This document shows positions 1 through 9,097 of a DNA stretch of 34,391 bases, one piece after another. Position 1 is the stretch's first letter. Every line of letters starts with the position of its first letter. The translations under genes were made by a program, and so were the position numbers. The DNA comes from a virus (Duplodnaviria > Caudoviricetes). The notes below the pieces were generated by a model. The model worked only from the letters and a program-made list of their open reading frames with translations, did no database searches and was not told the origin of the DNA. The stretch is taken from positions 1 through 34,391 of IMG/VR virus record IMGVR_UViG_3300002541_000010. One strand, given 5' to 3'.

Positions 1-527
1 GCAAGTTCAACAAGGATAGCAGCCTTTACATCCATATTGTTACAGTTACACATAGCCAGACTTTGTGCTGTTATACCTCTGTTCTTTTGTTTTGTTCCGC
101 CGGCAAGATGTTTCAAGACGATTTCAGCCATCTTCTTTGACTGACCGGGATATTTGTCATGTATGTATATCCCAACTCCTTCGGCGGAGTTAAAACTTTT
201 GCCGTCGCCATAAGCATTGAAATGGATTGATACGCTATAGTCGCAATTTGCCAGTGCTATAGCTCGTTGCCTATCGCTCAAAGGTGTGTCTGGGTCATCA
301 AAAGCATTGGCATCATTCCAGCCGGTCCGCATCGTCTCAAATCCGCATCTTTTTAACTCCTGTTCCAATAAAAAAGCAACTCCGACATTTGCGATATGTT
401 CACGGAATTGCTCGCCTTTCTTCACGGTTAATTTATCGTTTATTTTTACATCCTTCGGAAATGGAGGGGTACGCTTGCCTGCTGTGTCCGTTCCGTGGCC
501 TGCGTCTATATTAATCTTAATCGGCAT
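1..527 (-). CDS. Endolysin, N-acetylmuramoyl-L-alanine amidase (Amidase_3); 3' end runs off window
   Basis: Not in ORF track; manual translation from ATG at 527: MPIKINIDAGHG...REH...SVSIHFNA...AILVELA, the Zn-binding H/E/H and catalytic E motifs of Amidase_3; directly follows the holin. Confidence 0.93.
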   Translation of the reverse strand, partial: MPIKINIDAGHGTDTAGKRTPPFPKDVKINDKLTVKKGEQFREHIANVGVAFLLEQELKRCGFETMRTGWNDANAFDDPDTPLSDRQRAIALANCDYSVSIHFNAYGDGKSFNSAEGVGIYIHDKYPGQSKKMAEIVLKHLAGGTKQKNRGITAQSLAMCNCNNMDVKAAILVEL

Positions 528-975
528 TCTTCTCACCTTCTATCTTCGCCTTATCTTCTACCTGCTTTTTCACATTTTCCACAAGCGGTTTAAGGAAAGG
601 CGGTAAATTAACGCCTGTATCTTTAATATTTTCAAGTATGGAAATTAACTCGTTACAGATAATCCATATCGCCACTACGCAAGCAATTGCAAACTTAAAT
701 GGTAACTTTATCCCGATTGTATCACCTGCATATAAAACAAGCTGGTCCATTAATGCACCAACAATAACCAACAACCACATGCTAATTTTTTTCGCAATCC
801 CTCTAAATGATTTGTAACTGTTAATAGGCTCATCCCGATATTTGCTTGCTATTAGACCGGTGATGTAGTCAACGAGATTGCTTGCTATCATTAGTCCGAC
901 TGGAATTGCCAAAATCCCTAACCAGGATGTAATTGTTGATAAGATTGCAGTAAAAATTGCTTTGAATTTGTTCAT
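517..975 (-). CDS. Phage holin (Phage_holin_4_1 / TcdE-like family)
   Basis: Several hydrophobic segments; DYITG, KSFRGIAKK and NELISILEN..GVNLP motifs; upstream of amidase. Confidence 0.9.
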   Translation of the reverse strand: MNKFKAIFTAILSTITSWLGILAIPVGLMIASNLVDYITGLIASKYRDEPINSYKSFRGIAKKISMWLLVIVGALMDQLVLYAGDTIGIKLPFKFAIACVVAIWIICNELISILENIKDTGVNLPPFLKPLVENVKKQVEDKAKIEGEKNAD

Positions 976-995
976 GCTTTTGCCCCTTTCTGTAT

Positions 996-1016
996 AAAAT
1001 AAGAGCCTTACGGCTC
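996..1016 (-). terminator. Short hairpin plus U-tract before holin
   Basis: Minus strand GAGCC-GTAA-GGCTC then TTATTTTA. Confidence 0.45.
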
Positions 1017-1535
1017 AAAATCTTCCTCATTATTTTCGTCCACGTCTTCGTTTTCTTCATCCGGCATTTCTTCATCAGGGATTTCTTCGTCTAGCATATC
1101 TTCCTCGGTTTCTTCCGGTATTTCTGGCTCTTCCTCTGGAATTTCTTCTGTTTCCTCTTCTTTTTCGGATAACAGCGTTTCCACCCTTTGTTTTAATTCA
1201 TTGTTTTGCTGTTCAAGATGTTCTACTTTTGCCTGTAGCTCTTGAATAAGTCTTTCGGTTGTATCTGTGCTCATTTCGGCCATATATGTACCGTCTGCCT
1301 TTTTGGACAGCACTTTTAAGCCAGCACAATCTGTAATAATATCTGCGACATTACCGCTGTCAAACGTGCATGAAATTTTGCAGATATTATTGTAATCGGA
1401 CAATAGATTGAAAACCTCATCATAAGACAAATCGGTCTCAAAACAAATTGTCCGGGTTTTTGCCATGCTATTTGGGTATGTTATAGGAGGAACGGTCTTT
1501 AAAATGATACCGTTATTTAAAACAAAATTTTGCAT
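1008..1535 (-). CDS. Hypothetical phage protein, coiled coil plus very acidic C-terminal tail
   Basis: SD GAAAGGAG upstream; 175 aa; position between tail fibre and holin. Confidence 0.75.
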   Translation of the reverse strand: MQNFVLNNGIILKTVPPITYPNSMAKTRTICFETDLSYDEVFNLLSDYNNICKISCTFDSGNVADIITDCAGLKVLSKKADGTYMAEMSTDTTERLIQELQAKVEHLEQQNNELKQRVETLLSEKEEETEEIPEEEPEIPEETEEDMLDEEIPDEEMPDEENEDVDENNEEDFEP

Positions 1536-1599
1536 ATTCCAACTCCTTTCTAAGCATAAAAATAAGCCCTACATGGGCGGTGGTTGGTAAGCTAAATAG

Positions 1600-2097
1600 C
1601 TATTTAAGTACATTCCAGCCGACACGAGAATAGGTACTATTATCATAAATCACATAATCTATCGCAAATTTACCAACAAGAGCTCCGACAGCCATCATTT
1701 GCAAGATGTTATTGGACAAAATCCTAACATATACGGACGTGTAATTAGCAAACCCAGTCGGATTGCCAACTAGGATCTTAAAATTAGTAACAGGGTCTAA
1801 GTTGCCAACTCTGCCAAAACCTACTCTATAAGGATTTGCACGCATAAGAGTAAATATTTCTGCAAATGTAGCACAATCGGTAAGGTCTACAGTAGTTTGA
1901 AACGCTAAATTATTATTTAGCTCATTTACTGCCGACACCAAACTGGATTTATTTGATGTATTTAGTTGCGCTAAATCACCAATAGCTTTATCGTTATCGT
2001 CAATACCTTTATCCATCTTATTAAGATTTTCGGCACTTATCGGTGTTGCCACATTAGGCTTATTCTGCCAATTTATTCTATCATACCTGTATGCCAT
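1600..2097 (-). CDS. Putative short tail fibre / receptor-binding protein (165 aa, start revised to MAYRY)
   Basis: SD-like GAAGGAG before ATG 2097; N-terminal WQNKP..TPISAENLNKMDKGI and IGDLAQLNTSNKSSLVSAVNEL segments are typical of Firmicute phage tail proteins. Confidence 0.65.
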   Translation of the reverse strand: MAYRYDRINWQNKPNVATPISAENLNKMDKGIDDNDKAIGDLAQLNTSNKSSLVSAVNELNNNLAFQTTVDLTDCATFAEIFTLMRANPYRVGFGRVGNLDPVTNFKILVGNPTGFANYTSVYVRILSNNILQMMAVGALVGKFAIDYVIYDNSTYSRVGWNVLK

Positions 2098-2302
2098 CTT
2101 TCTTCTCTCCTTCCTCATAAGCTTTGCGTTCATTGGCAATAGCCATAGCGTTTTGCGTTTGCACCTGGGCCGCAAATTCATTCAGTATCATTAAGAGTAT
2201 TCCGGGTGGCAGCTGAGTTTTATTGATTACTGCAGCAATATCTTCTTTGGCTTCCTGGATTCTAAGGTTTATTCCCTTTTCAGATTGCTTAATTTCTGGC
2301 AT
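2081..2302 (-). CDS. Small hypothetical tail-region protein (73 aa, start revised to MPEIK)
   Basis: SD AAGGAGTG upstream of ATG 2302; overlaps start of next gene. Confidence 0.7.
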   Translation of the reverse strand: MPEIKQSEKGINLRIQEAKEDIAAVINKTQLPPGILLMILNEFAAQVQTQNAMAIANERKAYEEGEKKDGIQV

Positions 2303-2324
2303 TAAATCACTCCTTATTAGTAAT

Positions 2325-2347
2325 AAAAAAGACAGCAATTTGCTGTC
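2325..2347 (-). terminator. Intrinsic terminator
   Basis: GACAGCA-AAT-TGCTGTC followed by T6 on minus strand. Confidence 0.6.
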
Positions 2348-2355
2348 AAAGTGTG

Positions 2356-2382
2356 TTGCATTATGGTAAATTGTGGTATAAT
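2356..2382 (+). promoter_or_regulatory. Sigma-A extended -10 promoter for the antisense Zn-ribbon gene
   Basis: TGTGG-TATAAT (TATAAT 2377-2382); TTGCAT at 2356-2361 with a short 15-bp spacer. Confidence 0.65.
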
Positions 2383-2428
2383 CTCCTTATCAGCTGGCGG
2401 CTGAAATACATGAGAGAGGAGGATTAAA

Positions 2429-2623
2429 ATGGATAAGTGTCCATATTGTGGTAGCTATAATTTTGGTAAGCTTACTCCTACAAAAGGGAATAGGTATGGG
2501 CTAACCGAAATCAACACCAATACTAAACAAGTTTTTGCCGATACCTTACTAATCGTTGATGTGTATGGCTGCCTTGATTGTAAAGGCATAATACTAAAAA
2601 ATGAAGATTTAAAGCGAAATTAA
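2429..2623 (+). CDS. Small Zn-ribbon protein (64 aa), antisense moron
   Basis: SD GAGGAGG, CPYCGS...CLDC motif pair, own promoter. Confidence 0.8.
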   Translation: MDKCPYCGSYNFGKLTPTKGNRYGLTEINTNTKQVFADTLLIVDVYGCLDCKGIILKNEDLKRN

Positions 2624-2760
2624 TCGGACTTAATGCTCATTACTACTTTGCCTGACAATGTAACATTATTAGCAGTTATGTATTGCTGGCCTTGAACTTG
2701 CCTTTCGAGGTCAGCAATTCTTCTTTCTATAACCTGTATTCTTTTCTTAGATATAAACAT
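2620..2760 (-). CDS. 46-aa hypothetical coiled-coil peptide
   Basis: Manual translation MFISKKRIQVIERRIADLERQVQGQQYITANNVTLSGKVVMSIKSD; SD GAAAGGAG 7 nt upstream; stop overlaps the convergent + gene stop (TTAA). Confidence 0.65.
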   Translation of the reverse strand: MFISKKRIQVIERRIADLERQVQGQQYITANNVTLSGKVVMSIKSD

Positions 2761-2782
2761 ATCCATACTCCTTTCTTTGCAT

Positions 2783-2814
2783 AAAAAGAGCAGATGCCGT
2801 AATGGCTCTGCTCT
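2783..2814 (-). terminator. Intrinsic terminator of the Ig-domain moron
   Basis: AGAGCAGAGCC-ATTAC-GGCATCTGCTCT followed by T-run. Confidence 0.65.
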
Positions 2815-2832
2815 GTGAATTGATATTTGATT

Positions 2833-3720
2833 TTATTCCGCCGATTCGGTTACTGTTATATCAAACCTTTCAATATATGTGTTATACTCCATATCCATAG
2901 CAATGCATGTAATAAATGTTGTACCCTCTCTGCGTGCTGCAATTTCGCCTGTATAATAGCCTACGTCTGCTATCGAAGGCTTGTTTGAAGTATAAATAAC
3001 AGTATGGTTAGATGTATCGTATTTATTTTTTATTTTAAACACATCTCCATCTGCCAGTTGAATATTAGCATTTATTTTCTTATTATCAACCACTTTAACC
3101 TTTAATTGTAATGTGTATTCTTCGTCATAAGGTGTAGTCATATAGCAAGTAATGGTTGCGGTACCGGCCTTTTTAGCTTTAAGCTTACCTGTCTTTTTAT
3201 TTATGGAAACTATAGATTTATCACTTGTTTTCCATACGTAGTCGGAACCGCCGATATTATTGTCTATCTGGGGATAATAGCTTGTCCCTACTTCCATAGT
3301 TAATGATTTATGTTTAAATACAGGAGCTGTTTTTTCATCGTCTTCATCTCTCATAGTCCCCCAGGTAGGAAGTATTATTATAGCTTTGACTGTTCCTGTA
3401 ATTGGTTTTATACTTTTATCTTCCGGGATAAATACCCATTGTAGGTCGAACATTCCAAGTTTGGAGCTATCATAATTTGAATAAGTATATTTACCTTTGA
3501 GTCGCTTTCCTTCCTGATAAATAGGTGGCATGGGATAGTCTTCATTATCTTTGATTTTTGACCCATAGACAAACGACATGACAATATTTTCATAAATATC
3601 ATGTACATATAAATTCTTTCTTGGGTCGTCTGGATTTTCAATTATCCTTACTCCTGCAAACGCGGTACTTGGTACTAATAGTAGGCAGATAGCTAATAAT
3701 AAAACTAAAAATTTTTTCAC
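2833..3720 (-). CDS. Secreted protein with two bacterial Ig-like (Big_2) domains; moron
   Basis: Sec signal peptide MKKFLVLLLAICLLLVPSTAFA; WKTSDKSIVSINKKTGKLKAKKAGTATIT and YTSNKPSIADV..TGEIAARREGTTFIT Big_2 patterns; SD AGGAGGTG before GTG. Confidence 0.85.
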   Translation of the reverse strand: MKKFLVLLLAICLLLVPSTAFAGVRIIENPDDPRKNLYVHDIYENIVMSFVYGSKIKDNEDYPMPPIYQEGKRLKGKYTYSNYDSSKLGMFDLQWVFIPEDKSIKPITGTVKAIIILPTWGTMRDEDDEKTAPVFKHKSLTMEVGTSYYPQIDNNIGGSDYVWKTSDKSIVSINKKTGKLKAKKAGTATITCYMTTPYDEEYTLQLKVKVVDNKKINANIQLADGDVFKIKNKYDTSNHTVIYTSNKPSIADVGYYTGEIAARREGTTFITCIAMDMEYNTYIERFDITVTESAE

Positions 3721-3739
3721 GGTATCACCTCCTATTATT

Positions 3740-3768
3740 ATTATATAATATTATGAAATAAATTTCTA
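3740..3768 (-). promoter_or_regulatory. Putative sigma-A promoter of the Ig-domain moron
   Basis: TAGAAA-17 bp-TATAAT in a very AT-rich gap. Confidence 0.5.
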
Positions 3769-3784
3769 CATAATTATACAATTT

Positions 3785-6133
3785 TTAGAAGCCAGCCCTT
3801 GTTATTCTTTCATCGATATACTTTAGATATAATAATATAGGAGCGATTAATTCTTCGTAACGTAAGTGGTATGTATAATCAATAATTGTGCTGTCTTCAT
3901 CATATCCGATTATATTACCTTTATTATCTTTTATAATGCCTTCATATATCGGAGCCTTTACCAATCCTGCAAATTCAATGTCCGATATACCGCACTCGTT
4001 CATGATTTTTTCTATCTCTTGCGCTATAAATCCTGTATGGAAGCGTCCGGAGGTTCCCTGTTTCATTTTAAATACTTTTGGAACAAGTTTTTTAATAAAT
4101 TTCAGATATCTTTCGTCCATTTCTTTTATATTTTCTTTTAGTCTCTCATCGGATGTTGTTACCCATCCACTAACGCCATAACCACCAGCCCAGGGATTTC
4201 CGCTAGAACCAATATACATTATCGTTGATTGACTTCCGATAAAATTATCATTGACAGATATATATGCATAGCGCGTTAAGGCGTTATTGTATATATAATT
4301 CGAAATATCTGCTCGAAATGCTGCGCCTGCGTTAGAAGCAAAACTTACAGATTGGCTTCCAATATTACCAGCATTTATCGGTGCGTATCCATTTATAGTA
4401 TTACATTGCAGGTTTCCATATACATCAATCCCGCCGGGCCATATATCTAACGTTATAGACCCGCCGGTATTTCTGCCTCGAATATACGCACCATTTATTT
4501 CAATTGACCCCACGCCCGGTCCATTAGATGTTATTACAGTACCGCTTATATTTCCGCCGCTTATATACGGGCTTACGATAGTGTTTCCGGACAATGTTCC
4601 TGTAAATGTTCCGTCTGCGCCCAAAAGCGTACCAGTAAATGTTCCAGACGCAGCTACAAGCTGTCCGCTGAATTTGCCGTTGGTAGCTTCCATTGAGCCA
4701 TCTGGCAGTATTTTAAAATATCCGTTTGCCGTAACAAGCCCTTCGAGACTTATATTGTCGGCCTTAAATTTTATTGCCGTCCCCTGGCTCGGATCCGCAC
4801 CAAGCTCTACGGCTGCCACATTACCGCTGCTATCGACTTTAAGTACGATTTGTCCGGCAAGAACTGATATGCCGGAGTATAAGTCTTGGGCAATATCTTC
4901 TACCTCGACTAATACACCCTCGACATCCTTGCGGATACGGGTAACTTTCCCTTGTAATTGAATTATTTCTTCGTTTACGCCAAAATTCTGCTCCCTTTCC
5001 TCGTTTCCGCTTGCTATATAGTTATCTGTCAAAACCTGTATGCCAGTTAACGTCCTTTGTAATACATACCCAGTCACAGGATTGCCGTAGTTATTAAATT
5101 GTACTGTATCGCCTGGCTCGATATAAGGCAAGCCAATACTTATTCCGTCATAAGGCTTGTACGGCCTTTTTGCTATATTTCCAAATGCATTGCGGGCTAT
5201 CTGTTGTAATTCTGCGGCACCTTTGCCGAACACTAGAAAATTTCCTTGTATTATGTACGCATTACTGCCAGTTCCGTATATAGCCCCGATATCATCTTCC
5301 TCTGACCTGATAATCAGTTTATTTATTTCCTTAACAGTGTATTCTTGAAAATAAATATCTTCATGCATTGGAATTATTTCGTCAATTAGCGTTTCGTTAA
5401 TATATAATGTATCATTTTCTGCTACAGGGAATAAATCGTCACCAGGGAATAAATCATCGCCCGGGTATAGTCCGTAAGCAGGCTGCAGAATCTTATGATA
5501 AAATTTTCCGTACCGATTTATTTGTCCAAACGCCCCGTTTAACTCTATACACCGTCTTAATACTTCTCTGCCACTTATAGAAGCTACATCAATAGTTTTT
5601 TCAATTATCATATCATCGTTCGGCAGGTATTCATCTTCATATTCGATTCCGAGATGGTCAAGCAGACTTTCCCGAAATTCTTTTAATGTGTAGGTTTCGT
5701 TGCCTGTCGGGAATAATGAATTATACCAATCAGCAACATTTACATCTGTATATTTCAGGGCATTGTATGCGGTTATTTCCTTAAATCTCAAGTCGTCTTG
5801 CCTTACACAACTCTCAACTTTAAATAGTCCGAGTGGCACCGGGTCATATCCCTCGATAGTCTGGCTTACCGTAAACCATTGACCTTTTAAATCTTCTTCA
5901 ACATCAGCGACGGTAAATTTTATCTGGGCTGCTTCACAGGTGCCGAATATAAGGTCGTCAGCTGTGCATATGCTTTCGGACAACTCGAAACTGTCGTCTA
6001 CAATCTGATCCGTTCCGATAGTTAAGTCCAGAGCAGGAAAATGTACGGTTAAATCTTTAGGAGTGACTTCATCTGTAAATGGAAAACGGTCATTTTTATA
6101 TATATCTTTTAGTGCTTCGGGGATATTAAGCAT
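3785..6133 (-). CDS. Tail tip / spike protein with C-terminal intramolecular chaperone (Peptidase S74)
   Basis: SDERLKENIK autocleavage motif, GFIAQE and LRYEELIAP motifs; GTFTGTL and LYP/LFP repeats; follows the distal tail gene. Confidence 0.88.
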   Translation of the reverse strand: MLNIPEALKDIYKNDRFPFTDEVTPKDLTVHFPALDLTIGTDQIVDDSFELSESICTADDLIFGTCEAAQIKFTVADVEEDLKGQWFTVSQTIEGYDPVPLGLFKVESCVRQDDLRFKEITAYNALKYTDVNVADWYNSLFPTGNETYTLKEFRESLLDHLGIEYEDEYLPNDDMIIEKTIDVASISGREVLRRCIELNGAFGQINRYGKFYHKILQPAYGLYPGDDLFPGDDLFPVAENDTLYINETLIDEIIPMHEDIYFQEYTVKEINKLIIRSEEDDIGAIYGTGSNAYIIQGNFLVFGKGAAELQQIARNAFGNIAKRPYKPYDGISIGLPYIEPGDTVQFNNYGNPVTGYVLQRTLTGIQVLTDNYIASGNEEREQNFGVNEEIIQLQGKVTRIRKDVEGVLVEVEDIAQDLYSGISVLAGQIVLKVDSSGNVAAVELGADPSQGTAIKFKADNISLEGLVTANGYFKILPDGSMEATNGKFSGQLVAASGTFTGTLLGADGTFTGTLSGNTIVSPYISGGNISGTVITSNGPGVGSIEINGAYIRGRNTGGSITLDIWPGGIDVYGNLQCNTINGYAPINAGNIGSQSVSFASNAGAAFRADISNYIYNNALTRYAYISVNDNFIGSQSTIMYIGSSGNPWAGGYGVSGWVTTSDERLKENIKEMDERYLKFIKKLVPKVFKMKQGTSGRFHTGFIAQEIEKIMNECGISDIEFAGLVKAPIYEGIIKDNKGNIIGYDEDSTIIDYTYHLRYEELIAPILLYLKYIDERITRAGF

Positions 6134-6531
6134 TATTCTTCACTCCCGTAATCAATAAATTCAAATTCAAGTGCTTCATAATAGAAATTACCATCTTTGT
6201 CTATGTGTTTTATCTTATATTCAATGTCTGGTACATAACAAACCATTGTCTGATATGCATTTCTCTCGTCATTCCATACCTCAGCTATTACTTTATCCCT
6301 GTTCGGGAAAAATGCCTGTACGATTAATTTCTGTCCGTATGTCAAGTAATCAATGGTTTTTATTTTTATAGTAGTTCGCTTAACCGGAAGTATTTTTCTA
6401 TGAGTAACGCCCCGGCCGTCAGTGTAGGAATTTTTATCTTGTCTACGGTCCGGGACGTTTGAATACTCGGCAAGAAGGGAATTTGGAAAAATAGTATTGC
6501 CTACTTTTAAAACATATCCATTTCCTGTCAT
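6133..6531 (-). CDS. Putative distal tail protein (132 aa, start revised to MTGNG)
   Basis: SD AAAGGAGG upstream of ATG 6531; immediately after tape measure; TDGRGVTHR and CYVPD motifs. Confidence 0.7.
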   Translation of the reverse strand: MTGNGYVLKVGNTIFPNSLLAEYSNVPDRRQDKNSYTDGRGVTHRKILPVKRTTIKIKTIDYLTYGQKLIVQAFFPNRDKVIAEVWNDERNAYQTMVCYVPDIEYKIKHIDKDGNFYYEALEFEFIDYGSEE

Positions 6532-6544
6532 TAAATCCCCTCCT

Positions 6545-9094
6545 TTACATTGATGCAAATGCTGAACGCCCGGTCTGTCTTCTGTATTCTCTGTCAACTC
6601 TTACAACCTCACTGTGAATCTGTTTACCGGAAAGATTTACGTTCAGGATTACTGTATTTACGCCTGCCCCGCCCATCTCTTGTATAACTTCTTTAAGCGC
6701 CTGTTTCATTGTTGATAATGGCGATACGACCTCAGCTTCTCGTTTGTTATCACCAAGGATTGCTAAAAACTCGCCGTAATTTGCCGGGACAACTGTACCT
6801 GTTGCCAACCTCGGTATTTTGGGAGCGGTTAAAGGTTTAAGGTTAAACCCAAACGTCTTCCCGCCAAGTTTAGGCACCCAGTCAGGAATATCAAAACTAA
6901 GAGCGTTAAGGGCTTTTATTACGGTATTAATGCCGGTTACAACCCCACTGATAAGCCCGTTGATTATATCGATAATGAGATTTATGGGTGTCTTTACGAT
7001 ATTAACCATAGCATCCCATATACTTTTAAAGGTTTTCTTAATGCCTTCCCAAGCGCGATTCCAGTTACCTGTAAATACTCCGACAACGAAATCAATAACG
7101 CCCTTTAAGGCATCTATAACACTGTTGGCAACGTCTATAATTCCGCCAAGCCAGTCCCCAAACACTCCGATTATGTATGTTATTACCTTGGCTATCGGCG
7201 GGCCAAATTTTTCAATAAACCACTTCACAACAGGAGCAATGAATTTGTTGTAAATTGTCAACGCTCCATCAACGAGTGTGCCAATGAAGTCCATAAAATT
7301 AGCCAGGAAAGGTTTTAAATGTTTGTTCCATAACTTGTCTACAGTTTTCATAAAAGTATCCCAGATTGGCTTTAAAACCTTGTTCCAAACTGTCTTAAAG
7401 ACGTCCGCTGTTTTCTGCCATGCTTCCCGCATTCCGTCAAAGATAGGTTTACCCCATTTTTCCCAAAAGTCTCGTATTATATTTGCCACGTCGGTCCAAA
7501 CCTTTGCAAAGAACGCAAGCACTGGGGTGGCGACATCTTTCCAAAGCATATCAAATATTTCTTTGACTTCGTTGAATACATCACCCATGAGCTTGCTAAA
7601 CTCGGTTGCCATTTCGGTCAACGTAGGAAGTACGGATGTTATAATACTTTGCAAAATTGGAAATATAGCAACATTCCAAATATCTGCAAACACCTTATTA
7701 AAGGTATCAAATAATCCAGTTAATATTTGGCCTATCAATGCAAATTTTTGCTGTAAAAACGGTATGAATTGACCTGATACATAATTAAGAAACGGTTGCC
7801 ATAAAGTCTGAACATCTTTAAATACCTGTGAAATATTAGTCTTGAATCTGTCTATGACAGGTTTTAAACCGTCCATAAAATTACTAAATGTCGGGCCAAA
7901 CGTGGCTTTAAGCCAGTTAAGCATATTCTCAAATGATGATTTAATATTATCTGCTACGGTTGAAATTTTCGGATCAATTTCAATCGTTTCGAACATGTCC
8001 TGTATGGACGGTGTTCCTGTATCACCGGCCGCCGTGTCGGCTACTACGTTTAGTTTATCAATGGGGCTTAAAGCCTTATCTGCCTCTGTAGCTGTCTTAC
8101 CGAGGGATTTTGCATAATCAACCTGTGCGTCCTTTGCTTTGGTAAAAGTAGTTGCACCGGTAAGTAAAACTGCAAAAAATTGCCCCATGACTGTTATAGC
8201 CTGGGACATATAATTAATCAGTGTTTGTAAAGCTGGTGTTACAACCGTCAGAATAGGAGTAAAGGCTGTAGCAAAACTATTTTTTAAGGTTAAAAATGAA
8301 GTTTTTAATGCAGAGATATCCTTATTGGTTTGTGTACTATATTGGGCTAAATTTTGAAATCCCTCTCCAATAGCTTTCATGGAAGCGTTTAACGCCCTAA
8401 AAGCAAATGAAAACAGCAACGACATTTTTAATAATCTTAATGTCTTATTAAATTTGCCGGTTTTTTGACTGGTTTTATTGACTTCCTTGCCTAGCTTTTT
8501 TGTGCTGCTTGCTGTTTTCTTTTGTTGTGCATCGATTTCCTGTAATCTCTGCCGGTATATCTCTGCTTTATTAGTTAAGTCTGTGTATTTCGCCTGCATT
8601 TTCTGATATTCGGCGGTATCTCGTCCTAATCTGAAGGCTTTTCCGGAAGCCACAAGGTCGTCTAATTCACCTTTTGCATATGCTATTGTATTGCTTAGTT
8701 GCTCAAGGTCATATTGCATCCTTTTATATGCCTGGCTGTCTGTTTTGCCGCCAAGCTCAATGAATTTTTCCTGTCTTTCGATTAACTTATTATATTTTGC
8801 TGTTGCATCATCAATCTGCTTTTGAATTTCCTGGTATTCCTCTGTCGGAAGCTGCTTATTTGCATATACTTCCATTTCTGCCTCAAGCTGTTTTAAGGCA
8901 TTTTCTGTTTTTCTTAACGAATCTTGCACCCTCATAACAGAGCTTGAAGCATTGGCAAATGTACGGCTTATTTCTGTTCCTGATTTGTTCAAACTGGTAG
9001 TAATGGATTTAAGCCGATTTTTAAGAGATTCTGCATCTTTTTCAAAACCTTCCGTATCTATCCTAGTATCAAACTTTAAACTACCATCTGCCAT
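6545..9094 (-). CDS. Tail tape measure protein
   Basis: 849 aa; MADGSLKFDTRID N-terminus, coiled coils, periodic W/F repeats, IPRLATG..GD..EAEVVSPL C-terminus. Confidence 0.92.
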   Translation of the reverse strand: MADGSLKFDTRIDTEGFEKDAESLKNRLKSITTSLNKSGTEISRTFANASSSVMRVQDSLRKTENALKQLEAEMEVYANKQLPTEEYQEIQKQIDDATAKYNKLIERQEKFIELGGKTDSQAYKRMQYDLEQLSNTIAYAKGELDDLVASGKAFRLGRDTAEYQKMQAKYTDLTNKAEIYRQRLQEIDAQQKKTASSTKKLGKEVNKTSQKTGKFNKTLRLLKMSLLFSFAFRALNASMKAIGEGFQNLAQYSTQTNKDISALKTSFLTLKNSFATAFTPILTVVTPALQTLINYMSQAITVMGQFFAVLLTGATTFTKAKDAQVDYAKSLGKTATEADKALSPIDKLNVVADTAAGDTGTPSIQDMFETIEIDPKISTVADNIKSSFENMLNWLKATFGPTFSNFMDGLKPVIDRFKTNISQVFKDVQTLWQPFLNYVSGQFIPFLQQKFALIGQILTGLFDTFNKVFADIWNVAIFPILQSIITSVLPTLTEMATEFSKLMGDVFNEVKEIFDMLWKDVATPVLAFFAKVWTDVANIIRDFWEKWGKPIFDGMREAWQKTADVFKTVWNKVLKPIWDTFMKTVDKLWNKHLKPFLANFMDFIGTLVDGALTIYNKFIAPVVKWFIEKFGPPIAKVITYIIGVFGDWLGGIIDVANSVIDALKGVIDFVVGVFTGNWNRAWEGIKKTFKSIWDAMVNIVKTPINLIIDIINGLISGVVTGINTVIKALNALSFDIPDWVPKLGGKTFGFNLKPLTAPKIPRLATGTVVPANYGEFLAILGDNKREAEVVSPLSTMKQALKEVIQEMGGAGVNTVILNVNLSGKQIHSEVVRVDREYRRQTGRSAFASM

Positions 9095-9097
9095 GTA

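Noticed and set aside
4540-5475. GTFTGTL and LFPGDD repeats as DGR or CRISPR-like repeats
   Set aside because: Ordinary coding repeats of tail proteins; no reverse transcriptase, template/variable pair or spacer array in the window.
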